From positions 34,224,001 through 34,288,000 of the forward strand of contig OZ024743.1 in NCBI GenBank assembly GCA_964016885.1: a DNA stretch of 64,000 bases, written 5' to 3'. Below, in pieces: positions 1 through 13,699 of this stretch. The translations under genes and the position numbers were made by a program. The notes beneath the pieces were generated by a model. That model saw only the letters and a program-made list of their open reading frames with translations. It was not told the origin of the DNA and did not search any database. Every line of letters starts with the position of its first letter. Position 1 is the stretch's first letter. The DNA comes from Eledone cirrhosa. Taxonomy: Eukaryota.

Positions 1-79
1 AAAGAAGAGAGCTCCATGTATAGTATAGAGCTATTTTATTACATAATAAACAACACAATATATTGTGTTGTTTATTATG

Positions 80-113
<34 letters not shown>

Positions 114-120
114 CTGTATA

Positions 121-237
121 TAGGAGAATGTTCAGGACCCCAAGTGGGATCCTGAACATTTTCCTATTACCCACTCTACTACCCAAAGTATCGAGTACTC
201 TGGTGCGTTATGGTCCACCTGGTCCCTCACCACACTC

Positions 238-240
<3 letters not shown>
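121..240 (+). mobile_element. Short fold-back copy of PLE terminal repeat family A, between TA tracts
   Basis: Imperfect hairpin taggagaatgttcaggaccc/gggatcctgaacattttccta, then ttacccactctactaccc...ggtgcgttatggtccacctgg, which matches the 3' end of the Neptune element (45831-45925, minus strand). Confidence 0.7.
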
Positions 241-294
<54 letters not shown>

Positions 295-295
<1 letters not shown>

Positions 296-341
296 TTCCT
301 GATGATTTCTTTCGAATGAAACAGTTTTAGTCCTGTAGAAA
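295..341 (+). ncRNA. Type I hammerhead ribozyme (family B, intact core)
   Basis: Stem I tttc/gaaa; CTGATGA 299-305; stem II T.T then ttc/gaa; GAAA 318-321; stem III ACAG/CTGT; GTA cleavage triplet 335-337. Confidence 0.7.
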
Positions 342-439
342 CTATTTCTATATTAAATTTGATGTTTACTAATGTACTGAGTACATTACTTACTGTGGTT
401 AGCCCCCGATTGAACCCGTGACGCACACACACACACACA

Positions 440-515
<76 letters not shown>

Positions 516-812
516 CTAGCAGTAGTACCCGGCGTTGCATGGGATAAGGTATTGTGAAATATATAACCGCCTTAGCTAAGCTTAGTATTGCCACAACCAC
601 GGCTGGCAAAGAAGTAAGGGTCTGGTGGTACGTAAGTAAGTGACACTGTGGCTTAAAACGTGAGGAAGAAGTTGTGTGCACTTACCACCTGTTTGGGGAA
701 TGAGTGTGAGATTTGTCTTGAGCAAGGGTAGCAGAATAACCGGAGGCAGCAGACAGCCAGACATACAGACAGCCAGACATACAGACAGCCAGACGTACAG
801 ACAGATATTATA
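516..812 (-). mobile_element. Non-autonomous Helitron-like element
   Basis: Minus-strand 3' CTAG|T at 516-519 with a nearby GC hairpin (cccggcgttgcatggg) and an internal (ACAG)-type microsatellite at 750-805; same terminus style as 18277. Confidence 0.55.
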
Positions 813-1139
813 AGGGCGCGACGGTATATGTATGTATCTATCTAAAATGAGAAAGACTAAGAATTATAGAGAGAGATCGCTAAATCGCCTAATGCGGTCC
901 CTAGGACATTGAAAATTTGAAATTGTTTTTGTTCAGAACACTCCCTGAAACATAAGTATTACATGTGTAAAGTTTGAAAACAGTCGGTTGGGTGCTTCTC
1001 TAGTTTTAGGGATTCAAACTCACACACACACACACACTGACAAACATACTCAGTTTTATATATATAGATATATAGATATACATTTATATATATATATTTA
1101 TATATATGTATACATATATACATATATGCATATATATAT

Positions 1140-1328
<189 letters not shown>

Positions 1329-1339
1329 ATACACATATG

Positions 1340-1370
<31 letters not shown>

Positions 1371-1567
1371 GCATAGCTATGGGTGTGTATGTGTATGTGT
1401 ACAAATAACCATGAACAGCACACAACGTAATTTTCATCGAAGATACAATTGTCATTATTGTCATAGACGATGTTATCGATGCCGCCATCACCATCTCTAT
1501 TGCTTCCTTCACCACTATCTTCCCCGTCACCTCCAGCCCACCATCAACCTCCACTATACAATCACAA

Positions 1568-2262
1568 CCATCACCACCATCATCACGACAGCCAATACCC
1601 TCGCCATCACCACCATCATCACGACAGCCAATACCCTCGCCATCACCACCATCATCACGACAGCCAGTACCCTCACCATCACCACCATCATCACGACAGC
1701 CAATACCCTCACCATCACCACCATCATCACGACAGCCAATACCCTCACCATCACCACCATCATCACGACAGCCAATACCCTCACCATCACCACCATCATC
1801 ACGACAGCCAATACCCTCACCATCACCACCATCATCACGACAGCCAATACCCTCACCATCACCACCATCATCACGACAGCCAATACCCTCGCCATCACCA
1901 CCATCATCACGACAGCCAATACCCTCGCCATCACCACCATCATCACGACAGCCAATACCCTCGCCATCACCACCATCATCACGACAGCCAATACCCTCAC
2001 CATCACCACCATCATCACGACAGCCAATACCCTCGCCATCACCACCATCATCACGACAGCCAATACCCTCGCCATCACCACCATCATCACGACAGCCAAT
2101 ACCCTCACCATCACCACCATCATCACGACAGCCAATACCCTCACCATCACCACCATCATCACGACAGCCAATACCCTCGCCATCACCACCATCATCACGA
2201 CAGCCAATACCCTCGCCATCACCACCATCATCACGACAGCCAATACCCTCGCCATCACCACC
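1568..2262. repeat. 36-bp minisatellite, about 19 copies (CATCACCACCATCATCACGACAGCCAATACCCTCRC)
   Basis: Near-perfect tandem units with one A/G variable site, embedded in CAT/CAC-rich simple sequence. Confidence 0.95.
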
Positions 2263-2824
2263 CTTATCACCAAAACCGTCCTCATCAGCTTCACCACAAC
2301 CAACGCCTCTCCCTCCGCCAGAATCACCACCTTTACCATCATTTTCCAACACGACGATGACGACGACGACGGCGACCAAAACCACCACTACCACCACCAC
2401 CACCACCACCACCACCGCCACCGCCGCCACCACCATCACATCCGCCATCTTTATCCTCATCAGTATTACCATATCGACATCCAAACCCCATCACCACCGA
2501 TACCTCATCATTATCAACACCATCATCATTACCACCACTATCATCAGCGATTCCACCACAATATCATCATCACCATCACAATCACCGCCATCATTACTAA
2601 CATCATCATGTACATCATCATCATCACCATGCCTAATGCTGACTGCACCCTCACAGTTGGGGCTTTGCGAAACAACAGATACACTGTACTATAAATAGCT
2701 TATGACGTCAAATGAAATTCGTCTTATGGATAGTTAGATGCTGATGTGTGTGTATTAAGGTGTGTATATATGTGTATACGTATATGTATGTGTAAATCTA
2801 TATGGTTGTACATAAATATGCGAG

Positions 2825-2917
2825 TATATGTGATATACATATATGTGATATACATATATGTGATATACATATATGTGATATACATATATGTGATATACAT
2901 ATATGTGATATACATAT
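2825..2917. repeat. 15-bp tandem repeat (ATATGTGATATACAT), about 6 copies
   Basis: Direct reading. Confidence 0.9.
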
Positions 2918-3074
2918 AAGTGAATGCATGCGTGTATGCGGAAAAATATTTGTATTTTTCCGTATATATGAGTATGCACGTGTGTGAATCTATGCATGTG
3001 TATATATTCGTACGAGTTTATGCATGTATATATATGCATGTAAATATACATACATACGTGCATACATACATAGA

Positions 3075-3238
3075 TCGCTATGTGGTTAAAGAGTTTGCTT
3101 TGAAACCACGTGGTTCTATGTTCTGTCCCGCTGCTCGGTACCTTAGGCAAGTCTCTTACACAGCTTCTACTGTAGATTCGGGTTGATCAATGTCTTGAAA
3201 GTGAAAGTTGGTAGACAGAAACTCTAAAAACCCTTCGT
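3075..3238 (+). mobile_element. Diverged tRNA-derived SINE (family related to the copy at 6305)
   Basis: tgtggttaaagagtttgc head, ggcaagtct...ttctactgtag body, ends in (GT)n. Confidence 0.55.
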
Positions 3239-3265
3239 GTGTGTGTGTGTGTGTGTGTATGTATA

Positions 3266-3418
<153 letters not shown>

Positions 3419-3601
3419 TTATCCGGTGTACGTGTATATTAAAGTACGCGTATATATGTATATGTATGTGTCCCTGTCTACGCTTACATCTGTGTTTCAG
3501 TGAGTAAAACTATACATACATGCACACATATGCACACACACACGCACACACGCACACACACACACACATACACACACACACACACATACACACACACACA
3601 T

Positions 3602-3682
<81 letters not shown>

Positions 3683-3686
<4 letters not shown>

Positions 3687-4247
3687 TATAGTAATATTAA
3701 TAAATTTGAAGACTAAAATCCAAAGAGGGCTCGATAAGGATAAATATATATAAAATATATAAGAACCGTAGAACAAATATTTATTAAAATAACAGATTAA
3801 AGTTTACGTAAAGAATCTCTGTTTTCACCCTTAACGGGATCTTCTGAAACTAAAAAAATCAATCTGTGAACGCAGAAGTAAATAACGTTGCAACCGAAGG
3901 AAGACAGGAAGACGATACTTTGGTTCGTGGAAACGTCCCCTGGCAAAGAACGAAAAAAAACGAAGATAATAGAATATTAGTCTACGACTTCATTTATACC
4001 ATAAACGTGGTTTTGTCTTTGCGTGTAATTATTTTTTGCGCTCAAAATAATGACGTATTATTTTCGTTTTTTTCTTTTCTTTGCCAGGGAACGTTTCCAC
4101 GAACCAAAATATCGTCTTCCTGTCTTCCTTCGGTTGCAACGTTTTTCGAAATATTTACTTCTGCGTTCACAGATTGATTTTTTTAGTTTCAGAAGATCCC
4201 GTTAAGGGTGAAAGCAGGCGATTCTTTGCTTAAACTTTAATCTGTTA

Positions 4248-4253
<6 letters not shown>
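3683..4253 (-). mobile_element. TA-flanked fold-back element with ~190-bp arms and a hammerhead-like motif
   Basis: 3783-3970 is the reverse complement of ~4058-4253; unique tail 3683-3782; (TA)n on both sides. Confidence 0.8.
4184..4236 (+). ncRNA. Hammerhead-like fold with variant core CAGAAGA
   Basis: Stem I agttt/aaact; CAGAAGA; stem II T.T + ccc/ggg; GAAA; stem III AGCA/TGCT; CTT triplet. Confidence 0.5.
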
Positions 4254-4299
<46 letters not shown>

Positions 4300-4538
4300 G
4301 AATATGTGTTGGTCGTTTACCAACACTTCAGTATGCAGGTTAGAGCACTCAACAAAGTATACATGTGGGTCTGTTTACTTCGGAGTAATGTAAAAACAAG
4401 AAGTGTAAGTCAACAGGTTAAAATAAACTTCGTTTATTCATATTCGCTGCTATATATATTTTGGTGACATCCATCAACTGCAATGACCTCCAATGAACTG
4501 AAAGCATATTCCCCCTTTGCCGCCCATTAAATCCGGCC

Positions 4539-4637
<99 letters not shown>

Positions 4638-6304
4638 CACACAAGCACACACACACAGACACACACACAAGTCCCTTCTAGTTACAGGAGTTGTGTAAGA
4701 GACCATACAAGTCAGAATATTAGCTGTCACGTTACGATATTTGCTACAAACTGAGAATTCTACGAAACACTTCGAAGCCATCCTAAAAGTTAGCGATGTC
4801 TAGACACTCAATAAATGATATATATATATATATATAGAGAGAGAGAGTGTGTGTGTGTGTGTGTGTATGTCTGTGTCTGTGTGTCTCTGTGTCTGTGTAT
4901 CCGCGTGCTCGCGCGTATGTTGGGCCTTGATTGGTTCCGATGACGAGTGTTCCACTTGTTCGATCAACAGAAGAGCCTGAAATTAACGTGGCTGAGGTCC
5001 GCATAGACACGTGTACCCTTAATGTAATTCTTAAGGAGATTTAGATTGGCAGTGTGTGAGAAGGCTAGCCCTTTGAATTATACATGCAGTTGTATATTCA
5101 TTTAAACTGAATGGACTGAGGCAACGTGAAACCAACTGTCAACACACCATCGGAAATCGAAACTGTATTTACGAGTAGTGTTAACAAGAACAAGAATATA
5201 GATGCGAAGAGAAGTACAGACGGAAATATTTGTTCAAAGGTGCTGTCGGGACGATTAGATGACAAGTAAAGTATTGATGAAAATAGAAGTGTTAATTCTG
5301 GACGAGACAACAAATAAAGAAGATAACTTATTTATCTATATATTGCAAATAAGGTGCAATCGCTTCTCCAAAAATCTGACGTCAATGGTTTATTTTGATG
5401 AGCTTAACAATGAAAATTCGAATGGGAAAAGTGTACCTTTAAAAAAAGATCGATTGAAGTCAAAAGTAAATGCTTTTTTCCACTCCATAACCATGAATCT
5501 CGACAATTTGTTTTATACATTTATAAAGTTATACGGCGGTGAATTAGCAGAGTTGTTAGAACGTCGGGCAAGAATGCTTTATGGTATTCAGTCCGGCTCT
5601 CTGCTCTCTAAGTTCAAATCCAGCTGAGGTCAACTTTGCCTTTCATCCTTTCGAGGTTGATAAAAAAATTAGTACCAGTCTAGTACTGGCGTCGATTCTT
5701 CTTCTATATCTCTCTCATTTCCCCTCTCTCACTTTCAATCCTTCTCTGGAAAAAATCTGCTGTACTCAGGCCTGGAGAAGAATGAGGTCCGTCAGGCTTA
5801 AAATGTCCAAGGAACGCCGTATATCAATATGGTGCTTCTACTACTCTATCAGGAGTCACGCAACCATAAATACATTCATTTATAAATTTACCGTATTTCG
5901 TTGCACCCATCTACGTTCTGAATTCAAATTCCATCGAGGTCGACTTTGACTTCTATTCTTCTTAGTGGGTAGAATATGCCTGTCCATCATAGAAGTAGAT
6001 GTTATCTCACAAGGAAAAAGAAAGGATAACAAAGCATGTCAGACTCTTTACAATTCCACCAACCCTTCATGGGTGCTTTTTTTATCGACCCCCGACATAA
6101 TGAAAGGGGTAGCTGGAAAAAATGGGACTTGAACTCAGAGCGCAGTGAACCGTAATAAATACCGATGTACTTAATTCAACGTACTAACGACTCGGTCAAT
6201 TCATCGTTTACAAATAAGTGCACAATATTAAGATTTTATAACCTTCTAAACATTAAAGATGTGTAAAAAAGGTTAAATCCAACATACTACTACTGCTACT
6301 TTAG

Positions 6305-9300
6305 CTGACGCAGTATGGCCAAATGGTTAAGGATTTCGTTTCACAAACATTTTATTTGGGGTTTGTACCCACTTCATGGCATTACATAATAATGTCATTT
6401 ACTATAGCTACGAGTCGACCCATGACTTTTGAGTAAAATTGGGTAAAAGCAAACTGAAATCCTGTCGAATAAACTGTACCTATAATTCAAAAGACCAGCC
6501 TAGTTACACATTGTATTTCTCTGAGAATTACGTTAAGAATACTTGTTTCTGTAGAATGCTCATTTACACGTTAAGTATATGAGTTTAGTATATGAGTTCA
6601 GTATATGAGTTAAGTATATGAGTTAAGTATATGAGTTATGTATATGAGTTTAGTATATGAGTTATGTATATGAGTTAAGTATGAGTTAAGTATATGAGTT
6701 TAGTATATGAGTTTAGTATATGAGTTATGTATATGAGTTCAGTATATGAGTTATGTATATGAGTTATGTATATGAGTTAAGTATATGAGTTATGTATATG
6801 AGTTAAGTATATGAGTTAAGTATATGAGTTTAGTATATGAGTTATGTATATGAGTTATGTATATGAATTATGTATATGAGTTAAGTATATTAGTTAAGTA
6901 TATGAGTTTAGTATATGAGTTATGTATATGAGTTATGTATATGCGTTAAGTATATGAGTTCTGTATATGAGTTAAGTATATGAGTTATGTATATGAGTTA
7001 TGTATATGAGTTAAGTATATGAGATATGTATATGAGTTATGTATATGGGTTATGTATATGAGTTAAGTATATGAGTTTAGTATATGAGTTATGTATATGA
7101 GTTAAGTATATGAGTTAAGTATATGAGTTTAGTATATGAGTTATGTATATAAGTTATGTATATGAATTATGTATATGAGTTAAGTATATGAGTTAAGTAT
7201 ATGAGTTTAGTATATGAGTTATATATATGAGTTAATTATATGAGTTTAGTATATGAGTTATGTATATGAGTTATGTATATGAGTTAAGTATATGAGTTAT
7301 GTATATGAGTTATATATATGAGTTATATATATGAGCTATGTATATGAGTTATGTATATGAGTTTAGTATATGAGTTTAGTATATGAGTTAAGTATATGAG
7401 TTTAGTATATGAGTTAAGTATATGAGTTATGTATATGAGTTATGTATATGAATTTAGTATATGAGTTAAGTATATGAGTTATGTATATGAGTTATGTATA
7501 TGAATTTAGTATATGAGTTAAGTATATGAGTTATGTATATGAATTTAGTATATGAGTTAAGTATATGAGTTCAGTATATGACTTATGTATATGAGTTCAT
7601 TATATGAGTTAAGTATATGAGTTTAGTATATGAGTTATGTATATGAGTTATGTATATGAGTTTAGTATATGAGTTTAGTATATGAGTTATGTATATGAGT
7701 TAAGTATATGAGTTTAGTATATGAGTTATGTATATGAGTTAAGTATATGAGTTTAGTATATGAGTTATGTATATGAGTTAAGTACATGAGTTTAGTATAT
7801 GAGTTTAGTATATGAGTTAAGTACATGAGTTATGTATATGAGTTATGTATATGAGTTTAGTATATGAGTTATGTATATGAGTTATCTATATGAGTGAAGT
7901 ATATGAGTTAAGTACATGAGTTATGTATATGAGTTATGTATATGAGTTATATATATGAGTTATGTATATGAGTTTAGTATATGAGTTTAGTATATGAGTT
8001 AAGTACATGAGTTAAGTATATGAGTTATGTATATGGGTTATGTATATGAGTTAAGTATATGAATTATGTATATGAGTTATGTATATGAGTTAAGTATATG
8101 AGTTTAGTATATGAGTTTAGTATATGAGTTAAGTACATGAGTTATGTATATGAGTTATGTATATGAGTTTAGTATATGAGTTATGTATATGAGTTATGTA
8201 TATGAGTTATGTATATGAGTTTAGTATACGAGTTATGTATATGAGTTAAGTATATGAGTTATGTATATGAGTTATGTATATGAGTTATGTATATGAGTTA
8301 TGTATATGAGTTAAGTATATGCGTTAAGTATATGAGTTATGTATATGAGTTCTGTATATGAGTTATGTATATGAGTTAAGTATATGAGTTAAGTATATGA
8401 GTTATGTATATGAGTTAAGTATATGAGTTAAGTATATGATTTATGTATATGAGTTATGTATATGAGTTAAGTATATGAGTTAAGTATATGAGTTTAGTAT
8501 ATGAGTTATGTATATGAGTTATGTATATGAGTTATCTATATGAGTTAAGTATATGAGTTATGTATATGAGTTATGTATATGAGTTAAGTATATGAGTTAA
8601 GTATATGAGTTCTGTATATGAGTTATGTATATGAGTTATGTATATGAGTTATGTATATGAGTTCAGTATATGAGTTATGTATATGAGTTAAGTATATGAG
8701 TTAAGTATATGAGTTCTGTATATGAGTTAAGTATATGAGTTAAGTATATGAGTTCTGTATATGAGTTATGTATATGAGTTCTGTATATGAGTTAAGTATA
8801 TGAGTTAAGTATATGATTTATGTATATGAGTTATGTATATGAGTTAAGTATATGAGTTAAGTATATGAGTTTAGTATATGAGTTATGTATATGAGTTATG
8901 TATATGAGTTAAGTATATGAGTTAAGTATATGAGTTCTGTATATGAGTTATGTATATGAGTTATGTATATGAGTTATGTATATGAGTTCAGTATATGAGT
9001 TATGTATATGAGTTAAGTATATGAGTTAAGTATATGAGTTCTGTATATGAGTTAAGTATATGAGTTAAGTATATGAGTTCTGTATATGAGTTATGTATAT
9101 GAGTTCTGTATATGAGTTTAGTATATGAGTTATGTATATGAGTTATGTATATGAGTTATGTATATGAGTTAAGTATATGAGTTATGTATATGAGTTCTGT
9201 ATATGAGTTATGTATATGAGTTATGTATATGAGTTATGTATATGAGTTCTGTATATGAGTTAAGTATATGAGTTAAGTATATGAGTTCTGTATATGAGTT

Positions 9301-12300
9301 AAGTATATGAGTTAAGTATATGAGTTCTGTATATGAGTTATGTATATGAGTTATGTATATGAGTTAAGTATATGAGTTATGTATATGAGTTCTGTATATG
9401 AGTTATGTATATGAGTTATGTATATGAGTTATGTATATGAGTTCTGTATATGAGTTAAGTATATGAGTTAAGTATATGAGTTCTGTATATGAGTTAAGTA
9501 TATGAGTTAAGTATATGAGTTCTGTATATGAGTTATGTATATGAGTTATGTATATGAGTTATGTATATGAGTTCAGTATATGAGTTATGTATATGAGTTA
9601 AGTATATGAGTTAAGTATATGAGTTCTGTATATGAGTTAAGTATATGAGTTAAGTATATGAGTTATGTATATGAGTTCTGTATATGAGTTAAGTATATGA
9701 TTTAAGTATATGAGTTATGTATATGAGTTATGTATATGAGTTATGTATATGAGTTCAGTATATGAGTTATGTATATGAGTTATGTATATGAGTTATGTAT
9801 ATGAGTTAAGTATATGAGTTAAGTATATGAGTTAAGTATATGAGTTAAGTATATGAGTTCTGTATATGAGTTAAGTATATGAGTTAAGTATATGAGTTAT
9901 GTATATGAGTTAAGTATATGAGTTATGTATATGAGTTCAGTATATGAGTTCTGTATATGAGTTAAGTATATGAGTTATGTATATGAGTTAAGTATATGAG
10001 TTCTGTATATGAGTTAAGTATATGAGTTCTGTATATGAGTTAAGTATATGTGTTATGTATATGAGTTATGTATATGAGTTTAGTATATGAGTTAAGTATA
10101 TGAGTTATGTATATGAGTTATGTATATGAATTTAGTATATGAGTTAAGTATATGAGTTATGTATATGAATTTAGTATATGAGTTAAGTATATGAGTTCAG
10201 TATATGACTTATGTATATGAGTTCATTATATGAGTTAAGTATATGAGTTTAGTATATGAGTTATGTATATGAGTTATGTATATGAGTTTAGTATATGAGT
10301 TTAGTATATGAGTTATGTATATGAGTTAAGTATATGAGTTTAGTATATGAGTTATGTATATGAGTTAAGTATATGAGTTTAGTATATGAGTTATGTATAT
10401 GAGTTAAGTACATGAGTTTAGTATATGAGTTTAGTATATGAGTTAAGTACATGAGTTATGTATATGAGTTATGTATATGAGTTTAGTATATGAGTTATGT
10501 ATATGAGTTATCTATATGAGTGAAGTATATGAGTTAAGTACATGAGTTATGTATATGAGTTATGTATATGAGTTATATATATGAGTTATGTATATGAGTT
10601 TAGTATATGAGTTTAGTATATGAGTTAAGTACATGAGTTAAGTATATGAGTTATGTATATGGGTTATGTATATGAGTTAAGTATATGAATTATGTATATG
10701 AGTTATGTATATGAGTTAAGTATATGAGTTTAGTATATGAGTTTAGTATATGAGTTAAGTACATGAGTTATGTATATGAGTTATGTATATGAGTTTAGTA
10801 TATGAGTTATGTATATGAGTTATGTATATGAGTTATGTATATGAGTTTAGTATACGAGTTATGTATATGAGTTAAGTATATGAGTTATGTATATGAGTTA
10901 TGTATATGAGTTATGTATATGAGTTATGTATATGAGTTAAGTATATGCGTTAAGTATATGAGTTATGTATATGAGTTCTGTATATGAGTTATGTATATGA
11001 GTTAAGTATATGAGTTAAGTATATGAGTTATGTATATGAGTTAAGTATATGAGTTAAGTATATGATTTATGTATATGAGTTATGTATATGAGTTAAGTAT
11101 ATGAGTTAAGTATATGAGTTTAGTATATGAGTTATGTATATGAGTTATGTATATGAGTTATCTATATGAGTTAAGTATATGAGTTATGTATATGAGTTAT
11201 GTATATGAGTTAAGTATATGAGTTAAGTATATGAGTTCTGTATATGAGTTATGTATATGAGTTATGTATATGAGTTATGTATATGAGTTCAGTATATGAG
11301 TTATGTATATGAGTTAAGTATATGAGTTAAGTATATGAGTTCTGTATATGAGTTAAGTATATGAGTTAAGTATATGAGTTCTGTATATGAGTTATGTATA
11401 TGAGTTCTGTATATGAGTTAAGTATATGAGTTAAGTATATGATTTATGTATATGAGTTATGTATATGAGTTAAGTATATGAGTTAAGTATATGAGTTTAG
11501 TATATGAGTTATGTATATGAGTTATGTATATGAGTTAAGTATATGAGTTAAGTATATGAGTTCTGTATATGAGTTATGTATATGAGTTATGTATATGAGT
11601 TATGTATATGAGTTCAGTATATGAGTTATGTATATGAGTTAAGTATATGAGTTAAGTATATGAGTTCTGTATATGAGTTAAGTATATGAGTTAAGTATAT
11701 GAGTTCTGTATATGAGTTATGTATATGAGTTCTGTATATGAGTTTAGTATATGAGTTATGTATATGAGTTATGTATATGAGTTATGTATATGAGTTAAGT
11801 ATATGAGTTATGTATATGAGTTCTGTATATGAGTTATGTATATGAGTTCTGTATATGAGTTAAGTATATGAGTTAAGTATATGAGTTATGTATATGAGTT
11901 ATGTATATGAGTTATGTATATGAGTTAAGTATATGAGTTATGTATATGAGTTATGTATATGAGTTATGTATATGAGTTCTGTATATGAGTTAAGTATATG
12001 AGTTAAGTATATGAGTTCTGTATATGAGTTAAGTATATGAGTTAAGTATATGAGTTCTGTATATGAGTTATGTATATGAGTTATGTATATGAGTTAAGTA
12101 TATGAGTTATGTATATGAGTTCTGTATATGAGTTATGTATATGAGTTATGTATATGAGTTATGTATATGAGTTCTGTATATGAGTTAAGTATATGAGTTA
12201 AGTATATGAGTTCTGTATATGAGTTAAGTATATGAGTTAAGTATATGAGTTCTGTATATGAGTTATGTATATGAGTTATGTATATGAGTTATGTATATGA

Positions 12301-12990
12301 GTTCAGTATATGAGTTATGTATATGAGTTAAGTATATGAGTTAAGTATATGAGTTCTGTATATGAGTTAAGTATATGAGTTAAGTATATGAGTTATGTAT
12401 ATGAGTTCTGTATATGAGTTAAGTATATGATTTAAGTATATGAGTTATGTATATGAGTTATGTATATGAGTTATGTATATGAGTTCAGTATATGAGTTAT
12501 GTATATGAGTTATGTATATGAGTTATGTATATGAGTTAAGTATATGAGTTAAGTATATGAGTTAAGTATATGAGTTAAGTATATGAGTTCTGTATATGAG
12601 TTAAGTATATGAGTTAAGTATATGAGTTATGTATATGAGTTAAGTATATGAGTTATGTATATGAGTTCAGTATATGAGTTCTGTATATGAGTTAAGTATA
12701 TGAGTTATGTATATGAGTTAAGTATATGAGTTCTGTATATGAGTTAAGTATATGAGTTCTGTATATGAGTTAAGTATATGAGTTATGTATATGAGTTATG
12801 TATATGAGTTTAGTATATGAGTTATGTATATGAGTTCTGTATATGAGTTATGTATATGAGTTATGTATATGAGTTATGTATATGAGTTTAGTATATGAGT
12901 TAAGTACATGAGTTATGTATATGAGTTATGTATATGAGTTATGTATATGAGCATAGTTGATCGAACAACTGGAACATACATAGTCAAAAC
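6305..12990 (+). mobile_element. tRNA-derived SINE interrupted by satellite expansion
   Basis: Head ggccaaatggttaagg at ~6317; flanks of the array (tgtagaatgctc...cacgtta / gagcatagttgatcgaacaactggaa) align with uninterrupted copies at 19460-19610 (+) and 4940-5075 (-). Confidence 0.65.
6570..12951. repeat. 13-bp satellite GTATATGAGTT+NN (NN = AA/AT/TA/CA/CT), about 490 units, with higher-order duplication
   Basis: Rare variants recur exactly 2,626 bp (202 units) apart: 7581/10207, 7891/10517, 8229/10855. Confidence 0.97.
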
Positions 12991-13699
12991 CGTGCTACAT
13001 TATTCAAAATATGAAGGTGACTAACATAAATAACATAAATAAGCTGTCAAATAGAAATCTTAATTAAAAACTGAACACCCGTCTTACAGGTAAATTCTGA
13101 ACACGTACATTCTCAAACAAATGACCGTCGAATATTATTGAAGTAATTTTATTTTCTTGTTATATTTTGGGAGGGTCATGTTGTCCTAATTTTCTTTTCT
13201 CCTTTCGGATGTTCAATATTTTTCCATTTACTATTTTACCTCACTGGGGAATCAAGGATAATGCATTCATTCAAACTAACTATTGCTGTTTGTCTGCTGC
13301 ACAGCTGACTCACATTTTGCACCATCACCCCCTTCTCTCTCTCTCACACACACACTCACACAGTATCGCTCTCTCTTCCCTGCGAACCAAATTTCACAGT
13401 TTTAAGCTGAAATCCCCAAAGGTGGTTAATCACTCACACTAGCTGATAAAATTACCCATTTGGGAAGTTGGTCTTCTTTACACTGTAAACAACTATGTAC
13501 TCATTCACTATATTTGTCAACACCAAGTTGTATCGTCCATCTAGCGTCCCAACCACAGCTATCTTATGATTTTAAAACATATTATATGCTGAAAACCATT
13601 GGTTTGTCTATCACTGTTTTAAAGATAGTAAGATGTGATTTTGAAAGTTGTTATTGATCATTGTATCCCCGATATTGTGCTGAGGACCAAACCTTTTCA

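Noticed and set aside
6570-12951. CRISPR-like or telomeric array
   Set aside because: The variable part is only 2 nt, there are no unique spacers or cas genes, and the unit is not a TTAGGG-type repeat.
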